Part shown: one piece after another, positions 57,994-64,000 of the stretch
Numbering within the stretch: the stretch's first letter is position 1
Layout: each line of letters starts with the position of its first letter
Source of the DNA: Eledone cirrhosa
Taxonomy: Eukaryota
DNA length: 64,000 bases
Reading direction: 5' to 3'
Assembly (NCBI GenBank): GCA_964016885.1
Contig: OZ024740.1
Coordinates: forward strand, 159,092,001 to 159,156,000
The notes under the pieces: model-generated
The model's database searches: none
What the model saw: the letters and a program-made list of their open reading frames with translations, nothing else
What the model was told of the DNA's origin: nothing
Made by a program: the position numbers and the translations under genes

Positions 57994-58260
57994 CAGCGGC
58001 ATGCAGAGCTCTGGTGATGCTCGGGGCAAATCTTGATTGTATGCCACAAAGACTCAAGTATAATGCCTAATATACTGAAAAATATTATGAGAAAAGAAAA
58101 CATTTTGAATATATAAACACAGATGAAACATTAAATAAACCCTTTATTCGATTTTAATATAAATCAATCAAATTTATTAAGTTCTTTTCCCCAAATGATG
58201 CCCCCCATCCAACGGATGCCCGGGGCCAACGCGCCGTCGGTACCCCTATGCATGCTACTG
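57994..58260. mobile_element. hAT-type MITE inserted in a SINE
   Basis: Ends CAGCGGCATGCA / TGCATGCTACTG; degenerate 8-bp TSD cacagaat/cacactat; SINE sequence resumes on both sides. Confidence 0.7.
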
Positions 58261-58435
58261 CACACTATGAGAAGGCTGGTCCTTTGAATTACAGGTACAA
58301 CCCATGTTTGCCAGCTGAGTGGACTGGAGAAACGTGAAACAGAGTATCTTGCTCAAGGACACAACGCGCCATCAAGAAATTTGAACGATCATGAGGCAAA
58401 TACCATAACCACTAAGCCACAAGATTTCTCGTAGT

Positions 58436-58532
<97 letters not shown>

Positions 58533-61500
58533 AACATATAAATATATATATAATTGCTATCATTTGCAAGTAGCAAGTACTGCAAAATAAGCGGTATGCC
58601 ACTGTTGCATGAACTTGTAGTAAACAATTAGGAATTATTATCGAATTCATTCTGGGAAGCGCTTATCAGGGTCTCCTTGTATTCTTAATAGATTCATCAA
58701 TCCAAGGTCCCTCTATTCTTATTGAGTCGTAAGAACGCCATAGTGATACAGTGGTATCTAAATTTGGAGGAGTCCATCCTTCTCCAGGTCTGAGCACAAC
58801 TGATTTCTTCCTGAGAATGAGATCAAGAGAAAGAAGTGACAAAGAGATATAGATGAAGATTTGCTCGCAGTGCCACACTGGTTCATTATTTATCGATTTC
58901 AAAAGCATGAAAGGCAAAGTTGGCTATGGCGGGATTTGAACTCAGAGCGCAGAGAACTGGAACGAATAATGACTCTGCCACTTTGCCGCCTATATATTCT
59001 GATAATAGATTTTAATAAACAAGTATTCCTTTATCTCATGAATAATTAGCCCCTTTGATAACAGACCACCTGCAACCGCTCCCAGTTGTATGATACAAAA
59101 CTATTTTTTTAAAAGTGTTTATATTTATCTAGAACCCTTACAACATAATTTTAGGTAAAAACCTTTGTTACGTTCCAAACACCAGTTAAACAATGAGAAA
59201 TTTATTTATATTATTAAACACTTCTAAATTATTGATTATTTTCAAAATTATTTGAAAATCATAGGCAGAGCTTTTTCACTAGAAATATGGTATCTATTAT
59301 GATACTTGTGAGAATACGGTACTATCTTTCTTGTATCTTTAATAATGAATACATGATTTACTAATTTCAAAAACGATATCATAGATCTAACAATAGCTAA
59401 TCTCCTTTCATGTAAGTTACAAATCATTATAGTAGCCAAAACTGCATCTTAAAGGTAAAGATTCCTCCCCAGGCTTAGAAAATAGGTTAGCTCTGACCAG
59501 TTGTTACTTCCTACAGTGTACAGAAGCCACTCTCATTAGAGTATTGCTCGCCTATCTGCAAACAAATTTAGATCGTATATAAGAAAAAATTAACATCCAA
59601 ATGGTTGTGAAAGTTTCGCCCACTTAATTTAAAACTTTCGAATCTCCAACATGCTATATCTTCACTATGTATCTAATATCATTTTACACCACTTTAGCTT
59701 TTTAAGTTGAGTTTTTGTTTCTGTGATATATTATTTTAGCTTTAGTTAACGAGGCATAGGCATTGATTTTAAATTGCTTTTCATCATATGTACGAATGTG
59801 ATTGAAGGCGGTAAATTGGCAAAATCATTAGAATGACGGATAGAATGCTTTGTGGTATTCAATCTGGCACTCTGCGCTCTGAGTCAGTACAGTACTGGTG
59901 TCAGTACCCCCCCCCCCTCTGAAAGAAATCGCTTGTGCTGGAGAGAGATGAGATCCGCCATTTTAATTTCATATGCAGGCTGTTTGAACATCTAGAATAC
60001 TTGCCAAAAAAAGATACAATAGCAGCAACAGCAACATTAACAACAACAACAACAACAACAACACCAGTAACACCCACAGCAACAATAGCAATAATAATTA
60101 CCACCACAACAACAACAAAAAAAACAACTATTTTGAGACACCAACCTGTTGTCTACGCCGTGAATATTGGAACTTCGTCAGTTACGACGAGTGTTCTAAC
60201 AACGGAACAGTCTGCACATGGAATTAACGTGCAAGTGGTTGAGCATTTCACAGACACGTGTATTATTAACATAGTTTTCAGGGATATTCAGTAAATGAAA
60301 CTGTGGTTCGATAAAAGCAGATCGATAGAACAAGTACAGGAGTCAATATGATCAACAAACAAAATCACTCGAAAGAGGTACTCCAGACAGACCACAATCC
60401 AACGACTGAAACCCATTAAAAGAGTAAAAGATTTGAAATATCTTACAACTTTCCTTTGTGACATCTTATGTAATGTTGGTTTTGTTCTGGTGAGATCCGT
60501 AACACACTGACATGTCATTGGAAAACATCTCAGTAATTAACATCATGTAATAGTGTGATTTACAAGTAATACTAATATCATATAGAATACAAAAATGTCA
60601 AAAGGAAGATAAAAAAGTTAAAAGAAATCAAAAAGAGGGGATATGAAAAGGGCAGACTCTTCACTCTGGACTTGATGGTATATCTCAGCTGCGCATCCTG
60701 GAGGTGTTGGCGAAAACATTGTCGAAAACAACAGCCAGTGATACCTACTGGATCAGCCATGCCACCCTACAGGACTCATTTCTTGGAGCGAATTGAACTT
60801 GTTACTAAAACGTATGAAATATATATTAGTTTTACAGTAAAACAAAAGTAAATTTGATTTGCTTCCGTCAAGATAGACCACTATATATATATAGCTCAGT
60901 AGAATGAGCCATTGGAAGATATGTATCTCCAATAGACTATATGGAATACTAACCTTTCAGTTGATAAGCACCTCGTTTATATGATCAGATGTTATCTGTT
61001 CATGTCCATCCAAACATTCCTCGATTTAAGGAGGCTGTAGGTGTATCGCGAGAGATGCATTTCCTCTGCCATCGACTGACATCATGTTTTCCACCATCTT
61101 CCTTCTTGTCTATTCTTTGGTGTTGCTCGATCACCTCCATAGTGGTTTTCAGATTCTTTTTTAATGAAGTTTTGTCTGTATACGACTATACTGGCTAAAG
61201 GTATGGTGAAATTATCATAGGTATGGTGAAATGATCAAACCACACGATTCCTCTTCCTTTTAATACTTGAAAGAAGTTTTGTTGTTTGTAGTCTTCCCAA
61301 CAATTTCTTTCCTAACACTCGTTAGTTTGACATTTTATATGTAGAATGTGAAACACCTTTCTACAACAGTTCCTGTCAAATGCCTCAATCTCATTCTCTT
61401 TAGTTGTACACACATAAGGTCCGTGGGAAAATACCTTTGCTCTTAAGAAACACATTTTGTTGTTATTGTAATATTTTCGGTTTGTGGAGGAAGACCTGGA

Positions 61501-61884
61501 AGACATGGGCCTGGCCAGAGAGCAAGCCAGTGACAGGGCATACAACCATATTGGATGGAAATCTCGCGTCGCTCTATGTTACATTGGATGCAAAAAATGC
61601 TGAGATATCTAAATCAAGATGTACATAATTCTTCTTTTGTGTTTCAGTTATTTATGCTAGCCCACTGTATGAATTCGGTCTTACTGTAAACGATAAGAAA
61701 GTACAACACTCCGAATCTGATTCTCTTATTGAATTGCCACACAATATCTATTTTGCCGGGATGCAATATAAAACATTACATGTAAGTAGAACATCTTGTC
61801 AGTCTTCATTGAAAGAAATCAATGTTGCTGTATTTACCTTGTTATCTCTCCTACCTACACTTATATACATAGTGTCTCTTTATT

Positions 61885-62300
61885 ATGAGGGACAAAGCTG
61901 AAATGGCTGAAAGAACTGAAGACACGGCCAGGCCTTCATGGATTCTTTCAAATTTCACTTGGAAAGGAAGATTACAGAGGAGAAGGAAGTGCTCTACCTC
62001 ACTAGTATATTTGTTAAAGGGTGGGTACATTTTGTGAGAATGGTCTCTAAGGCAGGAGCCTATAGGCTGAAAGGAAAGATGAGTGAGGGGTACTTGCCTA
62101 CGATTCATTTGGGGATCCTGATGATCTTGGATATTATGAGTTCCTTAAATATCTCTTGGGGAATTCTGTTATTGAATCATGTTTACTTTCTTACCTATCC
62201 TATTTTCTGTCTACTAGTTTTATGTAAATCCCCACCGACCATGTTTACTTGTCCGGTACTTAATATTTTCGGCTGAAGTGGCCAAGAAATAAATAATTAT
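61885..62300 (+). mobile_element. Tx1/L1 3' fragment (diverged relative of 11619-13218); separate RT piece at ~62560-62780
   Basis: FKFHLERKI..EKEVL...F.K.WV; AATAAA + ATT tail; second piece reads RTVSAYA and KSVGRRLGTWRGKSMPS. Confidence 0.75.
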
Positions 62301-62520
62301 TATTCGCTCGTTGTACAGCATTTGTTACTGGTGATATAATTCTGGTGCTAGCTGTCACAACCAGTGAACTGGGGTGGTACCTTCAACTGTCAAGCACTTT
62401 TCTGAGTATTCTAGCAGTTCCAAGGAGTGTTGTTTTGTGTAAGGACCTTGTGTTTAACATAATTTGTCCCCATGGCTTGCTCCTGTGCTGCACAAATTAA
62501 AGCTTCTCTCGTCTCTGTTC
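62300..62520 (-). mobile_element. Dong/R4-clade LINE 3' fragment, internally deleted
   Basis: EALICAAQEQAMGTNY and KTTLLGTARILRKVLD; (TAA)n tail. Confidence 0.75.
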
Positions 62521-63136
62521 TATGTAATGACTCTCGAGCTACTACTATACAAACTGGAGACGTTGAGAGGTATCCCACATGAACGAGGATATGGAAGAAC
62601 CGTGTCAGCATACGCCGCCTATGTCACTGTTGAGCAGCAAACATTGAATTGATTGGCACCGCTTTCGGGAATACGAAGCGATAACAGGAGCAATAATTAA
62701 CCATGGAAAGTCGGTGGGCCGGCGTCTCGGTACCTGGAGAGGTAAGTCGATGCCGTCAATAACGTTATTGACATGCTGCGCATAGCAGCCGATTGCTAAA
62801 GAAACCTTAACAAGTGGAGTGGGGATTACAGAAAAAGATGCAACCTCATCGGTCTTTGTAAGCTTTCCTATTACCTATGGTGGTTAATTTCGCTAAATGT
62901 GAGAGCCTTTACGTGCTCACTAGACATAGTAGTAACAGTAGCCACATCTCTCTTAAATTCCACCCCACCATCTTAAACAAGACAGACTATGTAGCAGTAT
63001 TAAGTTCCATTCTTCTATTCTTCTATTCTTCTTCATGAATATAATTATCAAGAAAAACTAATCAGCAATACATATCGCTGTCATTTCTCTTTCGTTGTCT
63101 GTTTTCTTTTTCTCTAGTTTTCTTTTACACTACACA

Positions 63137-63228
<92 letters not shown>

Positions 63229-64000
63229 CTGGGATGGACACATGTGTTAAACTTGCTCGGTAAGTTTTGTTTAAATTTCTTTAGAAATTCGTCATTGTGA
63301 ACTTTTATTTTTATACCAATTTGTAGAGGGACTGACAGGTCAAATTTTGATCTGGTCAGTCTCCCAAAATATCATGCCTCTCAGGGCAAAAACATCCAGC
63401 ATATTTTCGAAAACTTTTTGCAAAACACTTCGATTAAAAAAAAAAATGGCCGACGCAAAGGCATTTTCTTCCTTGTCAATACAAGAAGATGGGAAGGGAA
63501 AGCCATGCCTACTTGACCAGCAGATAGCAGCACTCAAAATTTAGAAGAGGAACAAGCTTCAGTTGCTTGTAAGCAACTGAACATGCCCGACGCCACAAAC
63601 GTCACATCTATTTACACACAGAAGGAAGAATGTGTAGCAAATACTTACACGGCAACAACAACAACAACAACACAATAAATGAGAACAATAACAATGCAAC
63701 AAAAGGAATCAGCGACAACACAACCAATGAGACCATCATCACCACCACCACCAACAACAATAACAAAATTTCATTTGCAGCAACCGTTGCTAAGCAACAG
63801 GATTTTAAATGTTACCCCATGGACATTTCGCAAAAGTCCCAATATTTGGAAGAACCTTCCAGCTATGTGACGTTTGAGGGAGACACCCCACACATACACA
63901 TACCTCCACAAATAAGAGAGATGACACAGAAAAAGAAACTGATCTACAGAACAGTTGACATTACTACAAAAAAACCCGTAACACTTCCAACAACACTATT

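Noticed and set aside
60600-63600. Possible exons at ~60640-60790 and ~63328-63544
   Set aside because: Short open frames with no recognisable homology or paired splice sites.

Overview
AT-rich eukaryotic (animal) genomic DNA with no host gene that I can support. The microsatellite load, tRNA-derived SINEs and LINE set resemble an octopus/cephalopod genome (inference). The window is a nested accumulation of mobile elements: three large decayed Penelope-like elements (PLEs, Naiad-type RT and/or GIY-YIG) plus smaller PLE pieces, Tx1/L1, RTE, CR1 and Dong/R4 LINE fragments, a near full-length Chapaev3-type DNA transposon, Helitrons, hAT and Tc1/mariner MITEs, and SINEs. The strongest hidden signal is RNA-level. 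About 20 minimal type I hammerhead ribozyme (HHR) motifs, intact or decayed, from roughly a dozen sequence families can be read by eye. Four lie in a near-perfect 466-bp tandem/inverted array (8775-10752) with one HHR per unit, a candidate retrozyme/circular-RNA element. Many others sit in head-to-head palindromes whose outer ends abut (TA)n, usually followed by AATAAA and often by a GAGTRC motif. All structures and coordinates were derived manually and need computational confirmation.
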